A DNA stretch of 64,000 nt, taken from Tubiluchus corallicola (Eukaryota; Animalia; Priapulida). The stretch covers positions 1 to 64,000 of the forward strand of contig JAQGDQ010000631.1 in the NCBI GenBank assembly GCA_030141605.1, written 5' to 3'. Of the stretch, positions 14,312 to 27,118 are shown piece by piece. Within the stretch, counting starts at the first letter, position 1; every line of letters begins with the position of its first letter. The position numbers and the translations under genes are program-made. Below the pieces are notes generated by a model. That model was not told the DNA's origin and searched no databases. It was given only the letters and a program-made list of their open reading frames with translations.

Positions 14312-14390
14312 TATATATACAGGAACTAGTGCAGTGTCCAAATCACATCACGTTGACTGGAGTCCAGGTAGAGACGCACCAGCCACACAG
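14312..14390 (+). promoter_or_regulatory. TATA box and non-coding first exon of the Gly-rich gene
   Basis: TATATATA at 14312-14319, TCAC initiator-like motif ~30 nt downstream, strong donor cag|gtaaga at 14390/14391; acceptor ttcttccag ending 15242 lies 6 nt before the ATG. Confidence 0.65.
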
Positions 14391-14669
14391 GTAAGAATTG
14401 TTCATTATTATCTATGAAATCTTTAATCAATCGCAGCATCCACTCAGTATATTTACCAAGACAGAAAAGTAACTTCATCTGTATCAGAATTCATTTGTTA
14501 CACCTGTAACATAGTTAATAGTTGCCATGGTAACAATTCGTATCAATTTTAACATTTATCATCATGAATATAAGTATGTAGATGTATAATTTAGTTTACA
14601 ATGTTTTTATTTTCAAGATTTTTATAATAAATTTCTTTGATTTGAATGACTCACTTGTTCATATCAGTG

Positions 14670-14917
14670 TCCCAGGCAGCACGAAAAATATATGATATTA
14701 ATACACCTTTGTAGCAACATTTGTGCAAATATTGCGACAATATTGAAATGTGGACCTGCCACAACATTGTAGCAATATTTTTGACACCTTTTTTCGCAAC
14801 ATTGCTACCAACAACATTATGAAAAATGTCACAATATGAAAAAATGTTGCCACAATGTTGTGGCAAGTTCACATTCCCATATTGTCACAACATTGTAGCA
14901 ACATGTTGCTGCCTGAG
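14670..14917. mobile_element. Small MITE-like element in intron 1 of the Gly-rich gene
   Basis: Inverted ends caggcagca ... tgctgcctg; repeated internal caacattgt-like motifs. Confidence 0.45.
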
Positions 14918-15248
14918 CCATCAATGGCTGGTTATACACTAAATTTGTTATGCATGATGTAGCCTGTTTTAAATTGCATTAGTACCCGATTTTTGCAATA
15001 AATTGATACATATATTGAAGGTAGGCATAATCAATTCTCATTCAGACACTTTTTAAATTTATTTCTCACAAAAAGCAAAGATACGAAACAATAATTACAA
15101 AATAGAGAGCCCCAAAAAACAAATTGCTTACAATAAAATGTTTCAATGTTTGTTGAAAGGAAATCTTGTAAGCACAACATTGATAGTGAGAAAGGGTTAA
15201 GCAAAACAAGGCAGGGTTCAAAAACTTTTGTTTTTCTTCCAGACTAGG

Positions 15249-15799
15249 ATGAAATTTGTAGCAGCGATCCTATTCGCCCTCGTGGCGGGAATATCTGCAG
15301 AAGGGTACGGACAGGGTGGCGCTGGTGGCGGCCAGCAGATCGCTCGTCAGACATTCCAGGTTCAAACTCAGCAACTTCCGGTTCAACAACAACAGTTCAC
15401 CAGCCAGACGCTGGGACGCTCGGGTGGCGGTCTTGCCACCGGGGGTCGCTCAGGCGCAGGTTTCTCTCAACAAACAAGCTTCTCCAGAGGAGGAGGTATC
15501 TCCAGAGGAGGTGGTATCTCTACAGGTGGAGGCTTCGCCACGGGTGGAGGCTTTTCCAGTGGCGCCATCTCTAGTGGATTTGGTCAGCAGACAGGCGGCG
15601 CTGTTACTGCCATCCCAGAATACTTCACCACCACCCGATTTGGACCCATCAGCTCTGGTGGCTTGAGGGGAGAGGGAGAGAGGTCAAGCAGCTTGACCTA
15701 CACCAGGCAGGGAACTGCCCAGGGATCGTTGTTTAGCAGGGACCAGGCAGAAGCAACCGAGACAGCATCGAAGACCAGGGGATACGAATACAGATACAG
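15249..15799 (+). CDS. Secreted glycine-rich structural protein, coding exon 1
   Basis: ATG 15249; signal-peptide-like MKFVAAILFALVAGISA; Q-rich then GGG[I/F]S repeats; donor ag|gtacgt at 15799/15800, phase 2. Confidence 0.88.
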
Positions 15800-16069
15800 G
15801 TACGTGGTTAAGAGTATTTTTAAAATGGTGATTTTCTGAGAGTTTTTTACACGCTTCAAAAATCCCATGACTTTTTAATTTTCCAATTTCAGTAAAAGGA
15901 AAATAAGTTGAGTGGCTCCGGTCGGGTAGAAACATTTTTTGTGATTTGAGTGACAAAATTCTTTATAAATTCGCGTCAGTTAAATTAGTAAAATTTTAGG
16001 ACAAGCATTTCTAAAAGTTCCGTCAAATTCGTCTTGTTTTTTAATGCTCTAGTTGCCATTATTATTAAG

Positions 16070-16504
16070 AACAACCGTTAAAGCGGGTGGTAAAGTATAG
16101 TTTAAATATAAGCCCAAATAAATGAAGTTTTAGACCCAATAGCGTAGAAATATGTTTACTGTTGGCCATGCTGGCGCCATCTATGTTTAGTAAAGTAGTT
16201 ATTCAATGTTACAACCGTTTAAGCGGGTGGTAAAGTATAGTTTAAATATAAACCTAAATGAATGAAGTTTTAGACCCGATAGCGTAGAAGCATGTTTACT
16301 GTTGGCCATGCTGGCGCCATCTATGTTTAGTAAAGTAGTTATTCAATGTTACAACCGTTTAAGCGGGTGGTAAAGTATACTATACTTTAGTTTAAATATA
16401 AACCTAAATAAATGAAGTTTTAGACCGTAGTGATAGCGTAGAAACATGTTTACTGGTGGCCATGCTGGCGCCATCTATATTTAACAAAGTAGTTATTCAA
16501 TGTT
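16070..16504. repeat. 140-bp tandem repeat x3 (intronic)
   Basis: acaaccgtt.aagcgggtggtaaagtata recurs at ~16070, 16211 and 16351. Confidence 0.9.
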
Positions 16505-16624
16505 AGATTTATTTATTTATTAAATCTCGTTTACTTGCAAAAATATAATACATTTGCAGGGCAAGAGTGCACTAATACATACCAAAATACGCAATATGTT
16601 AATTAAAGCTCAATATACATATAA

Positions 16625-16790
16625 ACACACACGCACATACATACACACACACACACGCACCCACACGCACATACATACACACACATACACACACACACAC
16701 ACACACACGCACATAAATACACACGCACACACACACACGCACATAAATACACACGCACGCACGCACGCACACGCGCACACACACACACAC
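16625..16790. repeat. (CA)n-rich microsatellite
   Basis: Read directly. Confidence 0.9.
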
Positions 16791-17247
16791 AATGAATAGA
16801 TTAATGAATACGCTTTGAATTTTGAAGATTATTAACTGGTAATTTTGGCAGATACATCGTGAAAAATATACAAATGTTTTTAAAGAGCGAAAGTCTATCA
16901 TAGGTTTATCATAGAAGATTTAGTTTTGTAGTACATCAACAGCTAAACAATTAAGCTAAAAAGAAGATAAAAAAGCTTTATGCACAACAATAACTAAGGC
17001 GACGCACAAAATGGTGCCTCTACAGTCACAATTTACTTAATTTGGCGTCGGTTTTGAACACGAACAACATATTAGTCTGCAAAGACTATTTTCCCAACTT
17101 ATATACAACAGAATACGAATTTTGTTAAAATTTATATCAAATTAACACCAATTTATGTGAAATTAATTACACTGCATAACATTATAGAACAACTGTAATA
17201 TCTGTTGTCCCAAAAGTCAGTATAAACGAAGGTTTCTTGTCTTGCAG

Positions 17248-17572
17248 GGAGGGACATAATTACGAACAACCGAAGACCCTCTACAACTACGATATTGAAG
17301 AGCCCATCTGGGGATTCGCTGATGTTGATTTCGTCTACCGTGGAGAAGGTGGGGGCGCCACCGGTGGAGGCGGATTTGGAGGTGCTGTTGGAGGCGCTGG
17401 TGGCGGCTTCGGTGGAGCCATCGGCGGTGGAGCAATTGGCGGTGGAGCAATTGGCGGTGGAGCCATTGGTGGTGGCGCAATCGGAGGTGGAGGTGGTGGA
17501 TTTGTTGGTAGCCAACAGGGCGGTTATGGTGGAGGCAGAGCGGGTGGAGGCAGATCAGGTGGATACGCATAA
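17248..17572 (+). CDS. Secreted glycine-rich structural protein, coding exon 2 (291 aa in total)
   Basis: Acceptor tttcttgtcttgcag at 17247 is phase-compatible (AG+G=Arg); EGHNYEQPKTLYNYDIEEPIWGF..., GGGAI repeats, ends GGYA-TAA. ATTAAA at 18075 with a downstream T/GT-rich tract. Confidence 0.88.
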
Positions 17573-18211
17573 AAAGTGGACAAAAATCCAGTTCCAAATT
17601 TAAAACTGTAAAATTTCGAAAACTTAAATAATTTCTCTCAAATTATATACTGAATTCCACTCAAATTAATTAAGACATTGAATTTTTAATTTTAACGAGT
17701 TTTGAAACTTAAAAGTGTTTAATTTTTGCTTTCTTGAAATAATTTCTGGATCAATCGATGGACAAACTGAAGTATTAGATCATGTAAAAATTGTCTAACG
17801 ACTTACGAGCCAATAGGGACCAGCAAATGATGTTTTAAAATGTAAATTTAATATAATTTATAACCCTAGGTTGTGGTTGATACAATATTATGTATATTAT
17901 TATTTAAAACTTGTCATAAATTGGCCTTGTGTTGTCACAGTTGCTTATCGTGTCACTGTAAATAGTCATTGGATTTAACTATGGAACTGAAGTCAGTTTA
18001 CCTACTTTTAAGCTCCAGTCTGTGATGTCTATAATTATTATTATTATTATTCGGTTCTATTTTATTATTTTTTTATTAAATATTTTTGCATGAAAAACGT
18101 TTTCTGTGTTTTCTGAACTTCATTGGATGTTGCAATTACAAGATAGTGAAAGTGACTAGGATAAGAATCTAGTCAAGGCTGCTGCAGTATTCATATGTAC
18201 GCATGCGCACT

Positions 18212-18212
<1 letters not shown>

Positions 18213-18265
<53 letters not shown>

Positions 18266-18413
18266 GAGGGAAAGAAACAGAGAGAGAGAGTGAGAGAGAG
18301 AAAGAGCGAGAGAGAGAGAAGAGAGAGAAAGAGAAAGAGCGAGAGAGAGGGGAGGGGGGAGGGAGAGTAAGAGAGAGAGAGAAAGAGAAAGAGCGAGAGA
18401 GAGGGGAGGGAGA

Positions 18414-18457
<44 letters not shown>

Positions 18458-18582
18458 GAGAAAGAACGAGAGAGAAAAAGAGAGAAAGAGCGAGAGAGAG
18501 ATAGAGAAAGGGAGGGAAAGAAAGAGAGAGAGAGAGAAATAGAGAGGCGGAGAGAGAGACAGAGAGAGAAGAGAGACCAGAG
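18213..18582. repeat. (GA)n-rich microsatellite
   Basis: Read directly. Confidence 0.95.
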
Positions 18583-19789
18583 ATTTGATTTGATTTACTT
18601 CTTTATTTCAAACTTTCGATCATATCATATTAGAACAACATTAAAAAATAACTACAACGCAAATGAACTAAATTACAGAAACACATAAGTTACAGATACG
18701 AGCACAAAAAAGTAACGTTATGCAAAAATAATAATAACACTTCGCATTGGCTTCAATCACTATACATACACGCACATTGGACTAGATACATACTTACTTA
18801 ATTCTATAATTTCACTTCTTTCTGCTGCTTCTTTTCACGTTTTTTTCACAAGTACGCCGTGACATGCGTATCAGCACCATTCTCTTTAAGTTACAATATT
18901 ATAAACACCACCATTCCATAATTTAAGATTGCGTTTTTATAGCACCATAAACTTTACTCATCCGGTGCTTAAATTTCACAGTAAATGGACCAAATTCTAA
19001 TTTCTGGAAAAGGTGGACAAGGGTATAAACATTTATAAGGCACTTGTAGTTATTAATAATATAACAATATAATAGTAACATGCTATCGCTTGGCCTTTGC
19101 CTTGAATAATGAAAAAAAATCTCAAACAGATGTTTAATCTTACAGTTAACCTAGTTAACTTCTCGCTGTATGTGTATAACAATGCTAGTACACTCACTAA
19201 TTACAACCAAGACACTTAAGTAAGTAAGTACACAGTCGATTATTTTTTTATACAATTCTTCATCTTCAAGCACATTTTGGGATTCTACAACTCGGAAGAA
19301 CTTCTTCCTGCTAACTTTTCACTTCAAATGAAACAGCAAAGAGTTGACACGTGGCCGCGTTATTATAACAACACAAAAGCTCACGTGCTGCCATCTAGCA
19401 GCAATCCATGTGTGAGAGACTACTACTTCATGATGCCCAAAGTCAAAAAATTCATGTTTGAGTAGCTTTATTAGGTTTTATCTGTAAAAAAATCATAACA
19501 AAATATAACAAACTAATTTGAGCCAAAAAGGAAACAAGGAAATTAATAATAAAGTCAGACTGAATAATCAAAATAAACTTACATCATGGCTCTACTATTC
19601 ATGACAAATAAATGGTTTAACTGAGACAAACAACAACAACAACAACAACTCTCTTAGCCAAGAACAGACTGCCAACTAGTCAGGTAAACTAGCTCTGTCA
19701 GTAGAGCATGACAGAAAGAAGTCAAGTCAAGACATACATACATGAATGCAGTTAAAAAGGACAGTATAGGGGGGGGGGTTACAGAATGA

Positions 19790-20881
19790 AAGAACACTGA
19801 AGTACAACCTAAAATCCTTCACACCGAGTGTAGACCTAAATGTAAGAGACAGAAGCGCACGTTTAAGCATTGTTTTAGGCGCTGTGCTGAACATTTTTGT
19901 CCCGGATACAAGCATCCAAAAGCTATTAGGTGTCGATGCTTCTGTGAGGAAAGGTGTAAGAATACGGAGCAAGACTGTATAAACAAATGTAAGAATAATG
20001 AAACGTGTAAGAATGACTGTAAGGATACAAGTGAAATGTGTAAGGGAGATTGTACGAATCATCATTGTGTTTGTGTGAGAAGGCTGATCCTTGAATACAG
20101 ACCAATTTGTGAGAAAGTGAAAGGAAGACGCGAGCACGCTGAATGTAAACAAGATTGTGAAGCTTCTAGCGAACGTAGCTGCACGAAAATAGTACAGTGT
20201 GAGAAGAACAGAAATGAAAAATGTCATTCTATCCGCACAGACCGATGTGCAGAAACGAGTAACCAGAATACATGTGTGCCAGATTGCAAAAAGACTTGTG
20301 TAGAGAAAAATAAATGTTACTGCTATTGTGCTGGTCCATGTGTTGATGATATGATATGTAGTGAAGAACGGAAATGCAGAAAAAATTGTTCACAAAACTG
20401 TCAACCTTATGAGCTGAACAGAACAACTCTATTGCCCACAAGAACAACAACAGTGAGCTTACCAACAACAAGAGCAACAACAACAGTGAGCTTACCAACA
20501 ACAAGAACAACAACAGTGAGCTTACCAACAACAAGAACAACAACAGTGAGCTTACCAACAACAAGAACAACAACAACAGTTTCTCCTACGTCATTTGAAG
20601 ATTGCTTGGGAGAGTGTGCAAGTCTGTGTGATGCTACTCACGATCCGGAAGTATGTCAAACCAACTGCATAGCAATATGCAAATCCAGAAAGAAGAAAAG
20701 ACCCACCAGAAGACGGCGGCATTATCCAGTTAAAGATTGCGACTATTGTCAATCAACACGTGAGAAGAATTGTGTGGAGAATATTAAAATACTAAATATG
20801 AATAGAGCACGTCCATTGCACGATGGCTGTCGTTGTGAACGACCGAATATCATAAAAAAAATACATTTAATTTGCAATTAG
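19790..20881 (+). pseudogene. Cys-rich (CX3C) / Thr-rich protein gene, copy 1 (3'-truncated at ~20780)
   Basis: Frame is open from 19790, well upstream of the listed ATG at 20036: HTECRPKCKRQKR...CINKC...CKNDC; TTRTTTVSLP repeats; RKKKRPTRRRR. In-frame TGA at 19787. Homology to the other copies ends at ~20780. No signal peptide found. Confidence 0.6.
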
Positions 20882-21075
20882 ATTAATCACCTGTAAAACC
20901 GCTATTACTGTAGTAGTATGGCTTCTATCTATCTGTTACCTATTCTAAAAATGGGTTTAACACTTATTACAAGTTCAGCACTGGTTTTAACGACAAAACC
21001 ATCAGTAAGGTCTCTACGAGTGCTCAAGATTTAGCATTGCTACGCAGACTGTACGATTTTGCTGTACCATACGCG

Positions 21076-21229
21076 ATGCATTTTCAACAACATAGAGCGT
21101 TAAAAGTTTCTGTTTGCATTTTTATCTGTGCTGTTATTATATTACTGAATGATTTTTTTACGAGCTCAACGATAAAGAGACCAGTTCTACCTCGATTGCA
21201 TGCATGTGAAAATGAGAAATGTCTAACGG
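21076..21229 (+). CDS. Carbohydrate sulfotransferase, exon 1 (cytoplasmic tail and transmembrane anchor)
   Basis: MHFQQHRALKVSVCIFICAVIILLNDFF... fits a type II signal anchor; donor g|gtgagt at 21229/21230, phase 1, matches exon 2. Confidence 0.75.
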
Positions 21230-21320
21230 GTGAGTATGATGAACCATTGAACTATGAATTTTATTTCACACATCAAAAAATACAATATCAAACACATTAA
21301 TAAACTGTAATTAAAATAAA

Positions 21321-22270
21321 TCGAGTAGTGCGAGGTGAGTGTACGACCATACGGTCATTAACACACTCACCATACTTAAACGAAAAAATGATTATAGTTA
21401 TGCATGCTTCTGTAGATAACTTAATGTAAATAAGAATGAAGTAAATGATGTAATAATTTGAGTAGTGCGAGGTGAGTGTACGACCATACGGTCATTAACA
21501 CACTCACCTTACTTAAACGAAAAAATGATTATAGTTATGCATGCTTCTGTAGATAACTTAATGTAAATAAGGATGAAGTAAATGATGTAATAATTTGAGT
21601 AGTGCGAGGTGAGTGTACGACCATGCGGTCATTAACACACTCACCTTACTTAAACGAAAAAATGATTATAGTTATGCATGCTTCTGTAGATAACTTAATG
21701 TAAATAAGGATGAAGTAAATGATGTAATAATTTGAGTAGTGCGAGGTGAGTGTACGACCATACGGTCATTAACACACTCACCTTACTTAAACGAAAAAAT
21801 GATTATAGTTATGCATGCTTCTGTAGATAACTTAATGTAAATAAGGATGAAGTAAATGATGTAATAATTTGAGTAGTGCGAGGTGAGTGTACGACCATAC
21901 GGTCATTAACACACTCACCTTACTTAAATGAAAAATGATTATAATTATGCATGCTTCTGTAGATAACTTAATGTAAATAAGGATGAAGTAAATGATGTAA
22001 TAATTTGAGTAGTGCGAGGTGAGTGTACGACCATACAGTCATTAACACACTCACCTTACTTAAATGAAAAAATGATTATAGTTATGCATGCTTCTGTAGA
22101 TAACTTAATGTAAATAAGGATGAAGTAAATGATGTAATAATTTGAGTAGTGCGAGGTGAGTGTACGACCATACGGTCATTAACACACTCACCTTACTTAA
22201 ATGAAAAAATGATTATAGTTATGCATGCTTCTGTAGATAAATGTAAATAAGGATGAAGTAAATGATGTAA
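21321..22270. repeat. 137-bp tandem repeat x7 (intronic) with an internal hairpin
   Basis: gagtagtgcgaggtgagtgt at 21323, 21460, 21597, 21734, 21871, ~22007 and 22144. Confidence 0.95.
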
Positions 22271-22432
22271 AAATAGCAATGGTATAAGAGCAATAAACCT
22301 GAAAGTTGAGAAAGGAAAACATAACATGTAATTAAGATTTTGAGTGAGCCTTAAAGAGTGAATTTTTTTAAATAGTTACGAATATGAATTATGTGATTAT
22401 CTGTCAATACACCACTCACTTATTTCCAACAA

Positions 22433-22665
22433 TCCTTAACTGACCGGGGGGGGGGGGGGTAAAAATTACCCCAGGAGTGTTTGCTCACATTTTTAAATCG
22501 ATGTGCGCAAAGAAAAATTTTCAAACTAATATTGACTAAATATTTTTAGATTTGTTATGCAACAATACCTTGGTTTCGTGTTATTCATGCTTTTCATGCA
22601 AAGCCCGGGTGCCAGATACACCTTGATGTGGGGTAACTTATTCCCCCCCCCCCACACTTGATCTT
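22433..22665. mobile_element. Short relative of the piggyBac-type element at 58887
   Basis: tccttaactgacc...ggggtaaaaattaccccaggagtgtttgctcacattttta matches the left end at 58887-58945. Confidence 0.55.
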
Positions 22666-22877
22666 TTATGTAGGTAAAATTTTGGAATTTACTTTTAATA
22701 ATTTTATTGAGATTAAATTAAGGATTGCTTGTAACAATTACAATTTGAAATACAGAACATTGATTACAGTTGCTGTTATACAGTTCTGTGTCGATAATCC
22801 TACACATTTTAAGACAGATTGTCGCTTGTTGTCACTTATTTTATCTTTAACTTTCTTATCAGTGTCTAAATAACCTG

Positions 22878-24470
22878 TATTTGCCCTTATATGGCCTATA
22901 CTTGTGTTCTGGCTTATTATTTGCCCTTATATGGTCTGTACTTGTGTTCTGTCTTATTATTTGCCCTTATATGGTCTGTACTTGTGTTCCGTCTTATTAT
23001 TTGCCCTTATACGGCCTGTACTTGTGTTCCGTCTTATTATTTGCCCTTATATGGTCTGTACTTGTGTTCTGTCTTATTATTTGCCCTTCTACGGCCTGTT
23101 CTTGTATTCCGTCTTATTATTTGCCCTTATATGGCCTGTTCTTGTGTTCTGGCTTATTATCTGCCCTTATATGGTCTTTTCTTGTGTTCTGGCTTATTAT
23201 TTGCCCTTATATGGTCTGCACTTGTGTTCCGTCTTATTATTTGCCCTTATATGGCCTGTACTTGTGTTCCGTCTTATTATTTGCCCTTATATGGTCTGTT
23301 CTTGTGTTCCGTCTTATTATTTGGCCTTATAATATGGTCTGTTCTTGTGTTCCGTCTTATTATTTGGCCTTATATGGCCTGTTCTTGTGATCTGTCTTAT
23401 TATTTGCCCTTCTATGTCCTGTACTTGTGTTCCGTCTTATTATTTGGCCTTATAATATGGTCTGTTCTTGTGTTCCGTCTTATTATTTGGCCTTATATGG
23501 CCTGTTCTTGTGATCTGTCTTATTATTTGCCCTTCTATGTCCTGTACTTGTGTTCCGTCTTATTATTTGGCCTTATAATATGGTCTGTTCTTGTGTTCTG
23601 TCTTATTATTTGCCCTTATATGGCCTGTACTTGTGTTCCGTCTTATTATTTGCCCTTAAACGGCCTGTACTTGTGTTCCGTCTTATTATTTGGCCTTATA
23701 ATATGGTCTGTTCTTGTGTTCTGTCTTATTATTTGGCCTTATATGGCCTGTTCTTGTGTTCTGTCTTATTATTTGCCCTTATACGGCCTGTACTTGTGTT
23801 CCGTCTTATTATTTGGCCTTATAATATGGTCTGTTCTTGTGTTCTGTCTTATTATTTGGCCTTATATGGCCTGTTCTTGTGTTCTGTCTTATTATTTGCC
23901 CTTATACGGCCTGTACTTGTGTTCCGTCTTATTATTTGGCCTTATAATATGGTCTGTTCTTGTGTTCTGTCTTATTATTTGGCCTTATATGGCCTGTTCT
24001 TGTGTTCTGTCTTATTATTTGCCCTTATACGGCCTGTACTTGTGTTCCGTCTTATTATTTGGCCTTATAATATGGTCTGTTCTTGTGTTCTGTCTTATTA
24101 TTTGGCCTTATATGGCCTGTTCTTGTGTTCTGTCTTATTATTTGCCCTTATACGGCCTGTACTTGTGTTCCGTCTTATTATTTGCCCTTATAATATGGTC
24201 TGTTCTTGTGTTCCGTCTTATTATTTGGCCTTATATGGCCTGTTCTTGTGATCTGTCTTATTATTTGCGCTTCTGTGGCATGTACTTGTGTTCCGTCTTA
24301 TTATTTGCCCTTATATGGCCTGTACTTGTGTTCCGTCTTATTATTTGCCCTTATATGGCCTGTTCTTGTGATCTGGCTTATTATTTGCTCTTCTACGGCC
24401 TGTACTTGTGTTCCGTCTTATTATTTGCCCTTATAATATGGTCTGTTCTTGTGTTCCGTCTTATTATTAT
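22878..24470. repeat. 40-bp minisatellite with a 123-bp higher-order repeat
   Basis: Unit ttgcccttatatggtctgtacttgtgttctgtcttattat; a 43-bp variant recurs every third unit. Confidence 0.95.
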
Positions 24471-24683
24471 TATTAAGTGCTGAATTATTCGAACCTATAA
24501 TTTTAGGTTCGATTCGAATTCAAATTAAAAAAACTTGTTCGAAGCGAACTCGAACGTTCGATGTTCACCCTTAGTCACCATAATGTAATAATTATATTAG
24601 TTACAAATAATGATGATGATGATGATGACAGTAATAATAAATAGTTAGGAAATTTAATGAGCATGTATTCTATCTATTTTTAG

Positions 24684-25672
24684 ATAAAGCGTCACATAAA
24701 CGAAAAGCTATTGTCATTGTCGCGCGATATAGAAGCGGTTCCTCCTTCACTGGGGAAATCTTTAACAGCCACCCAAACGTATTCTACATCTATGAGCCTC
24801 TGCATGCATTGTTTCATTGCTTTAAAATATTGCAACAACTTCATGTACTGACAAACGAAACCTGGTCTGATGAACAAAAAACCAGGGTGAAAAACGAAGT
24901 GGTTTTGAATGCTCTAAACTGCGTTCCAGACGAACTGTATCTCAATGAAAAATACAATATGCAACATGCGAATTTGCTACATCATTCCTCAGCGGTTAGA
25001 AGATTTCTGTCACGTGACGACCAGCATGGACCTGATGTCGATAGAAAATCGTGTAAAAGCGCGAATTTGCTAAATTTTCTTCAAAACAAGGACAGTATAA
25101 TTCCCCAGGTTTGCAACGGTCATCTGTATTCGGTGGTCAAAGTTATTCGGATGACCGTTGCCGAGGCTGCAGAACTACTTGAAGACGAACAACGCGAACT
25201 GGACGTCAAACTTGTGCATCTAGTGAGAGACCCTCGCGGAATGCTGAGATCAAAGTACGTGTATGGAAATAGTAAACCAGTGTCGAAAGTAGAGAGAGAC
25301 TCAAAACTTTTGTGTGATAGCATGTATAGAGATGTAGTTGTTGGTGCAGAAGTTCAGAAACGCCGACCTGGTAAATACGTCTTAGTTCGCTATGAAGACA
25401 TTGCAGCTGAACCTTTGAAAATGGCCAAAGAATTGTACAGATTTGCCGGTATTCCAGTGCACGACCATGTCCTTAATTGGATATATAAAAACACGGGTTA
25501 TGCAAGTAACAATGCCAATGACAATGCAGATAAAACGGAGAAACGTTTTGGACAGTGGAGGAGGAACTCCACAGATACGTCGCTAAGGTGGAAATCAGAA
25601 ATATCGGCAGAGTACGCTAAAATAATCGAATCAAAATGTTTTAAGTTCATGAAATTAGTAAAATATTTGTGA
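24684..25672 (+). CDS. Carbohydrate 6-O-sulfotransferase (CHST1/3/5-like family), catalytic exon 2; 380 aa in total
   Basis: Acceptor ttttag at 24683. Frame reads AIVIVARYRSGSSFTGEIFNSHPNVFYIYEPL (5'-PSB PAPS motif), KLVHLVRDPRGMLRS (3'-PB motif) and LVRYED; stop TGA at 25672. Confidence 0.93.
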
Positions 25673-27118
25673 AGATGAGAGACTAATCAACTATCACGAC
25701 ACCTAGATTGAAAGTTGTTAATTAGTGAAATGTCAACTGTGTGCTAAAAGTGCTTTGTTTATTTTTTCATAATTTACTCAATGTTATCCTCATATCTTCA
25801 GACACGGTTCGTTTACCTGCTGGAAAGACTTATGTAAGCAGAAATAATAACTTAAAATGTTCGTATCAATTGATAAAATGTCACTGATTCACCCTCCAGG
25901 GTGCGTCACTCAATAACAAAAAACGTATTTTTAATCTTATTGACAAGATACAGTAATTTAAAATTTTACTTAATTGGTACCTTGCATGCAACGAATGCAT
26001 TGATTATTTTTTCAAACTTTACTCAGTGTTATCTAAACTTGTTTCCAACGACCATTAAAATGACTGCGGCTAACGGCCATCGCGGGAATTTAAATTTACA
26101 AGTTTAATACAGCATGCTGCCGGCGCAAGCCCTGCATGCAAAAACGCAGTAAGTAAGTGGTATAAAATTTCAAGATGAACCATTTAAGTTTTATATAAGT
26201 GGAGGGTTTTCTTGCGCTTTACAAATGAGCAAATCCATTTCTCGTGGAAGCACAAAAAGATAATAAATGACGACAATAAAAAAGAAGAAAGGCAAAAAGG
26301 ACAATTTTAATAAAAACAAAAGTAAAAACAATGTTAAGTAAGTTAATTAAAAGTTAAAAATAGCCTTACAATGATAACACTGATAACAAACATATAAGAA
26401 AACAATGGTAAAGACGACAAATTCAGATAAACAAAGGATAATAATGTTATCATAATGTTAGCTTAATCTTATCATATCTATGACATTCTAGAAAATAGTG
26501 TTTAGAATCTTTAACTTGTCAACAACATAAACAACATCGTTTCCTTTCTACATGTTTCTTAACAAAATCATTAATTTGTTTGCAGTGCACTGTCAGCTTT
26601 GATGTTTTAATGCATGAGTAAATGTTCAGGGACTGTCGTGTTACGTGCAACTAACACACATGAAAACAGTTTATCTGGTGCAGTCCCAGGGTGATCTCAT
26701 GGTCAATCTCAGGGTGATTTTTAGAAAAAAATCGTTTATCTTTATCTCATTATGTTGAAAAAGGAAAGTCGGACACAGGGACACAAAAAAAAACATTTGT
26801 GGCTTCAGCCACGAAACAAATGATCAAAACATTAAAAGGGCAGGACGTCAGAAGATTTTTTTGCCTCCGTGAGCTACAACTACTTGCTCTGTCACTGAAC
26901 TTAGAACAAGTACAATAAACAAACTTAACCCTCACTGTAGCAGAATATTGTGCCAGTGACTTCATACGTTTATTATGATTCAAATTAGGTCAAAATCTCT
27001 ATTAATTTTTGCTTTAAAAATCACAAAGCCTGTAACAGGTCTGTGACACATTAACAAGCAAATGTCAACAAAAACTCGGATTACAACAAACATCAATTAA
27101 AATTAATTTACAGGTGGA

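Noticed and set aside
19727-20227. Antisense ORFs over the Cys-rich copies (also 28083-28583 and 30405-30971)
   Set aside because: Shadow frames of the Cys-rich coding strand.
22881-24483. 530-aa hydrophobic ORF and overlapping ORFs
   Set aside because: Product of the 40-bp minisatellite, with the same peptide in all three frames; lies inside the sulfotransferase intron.
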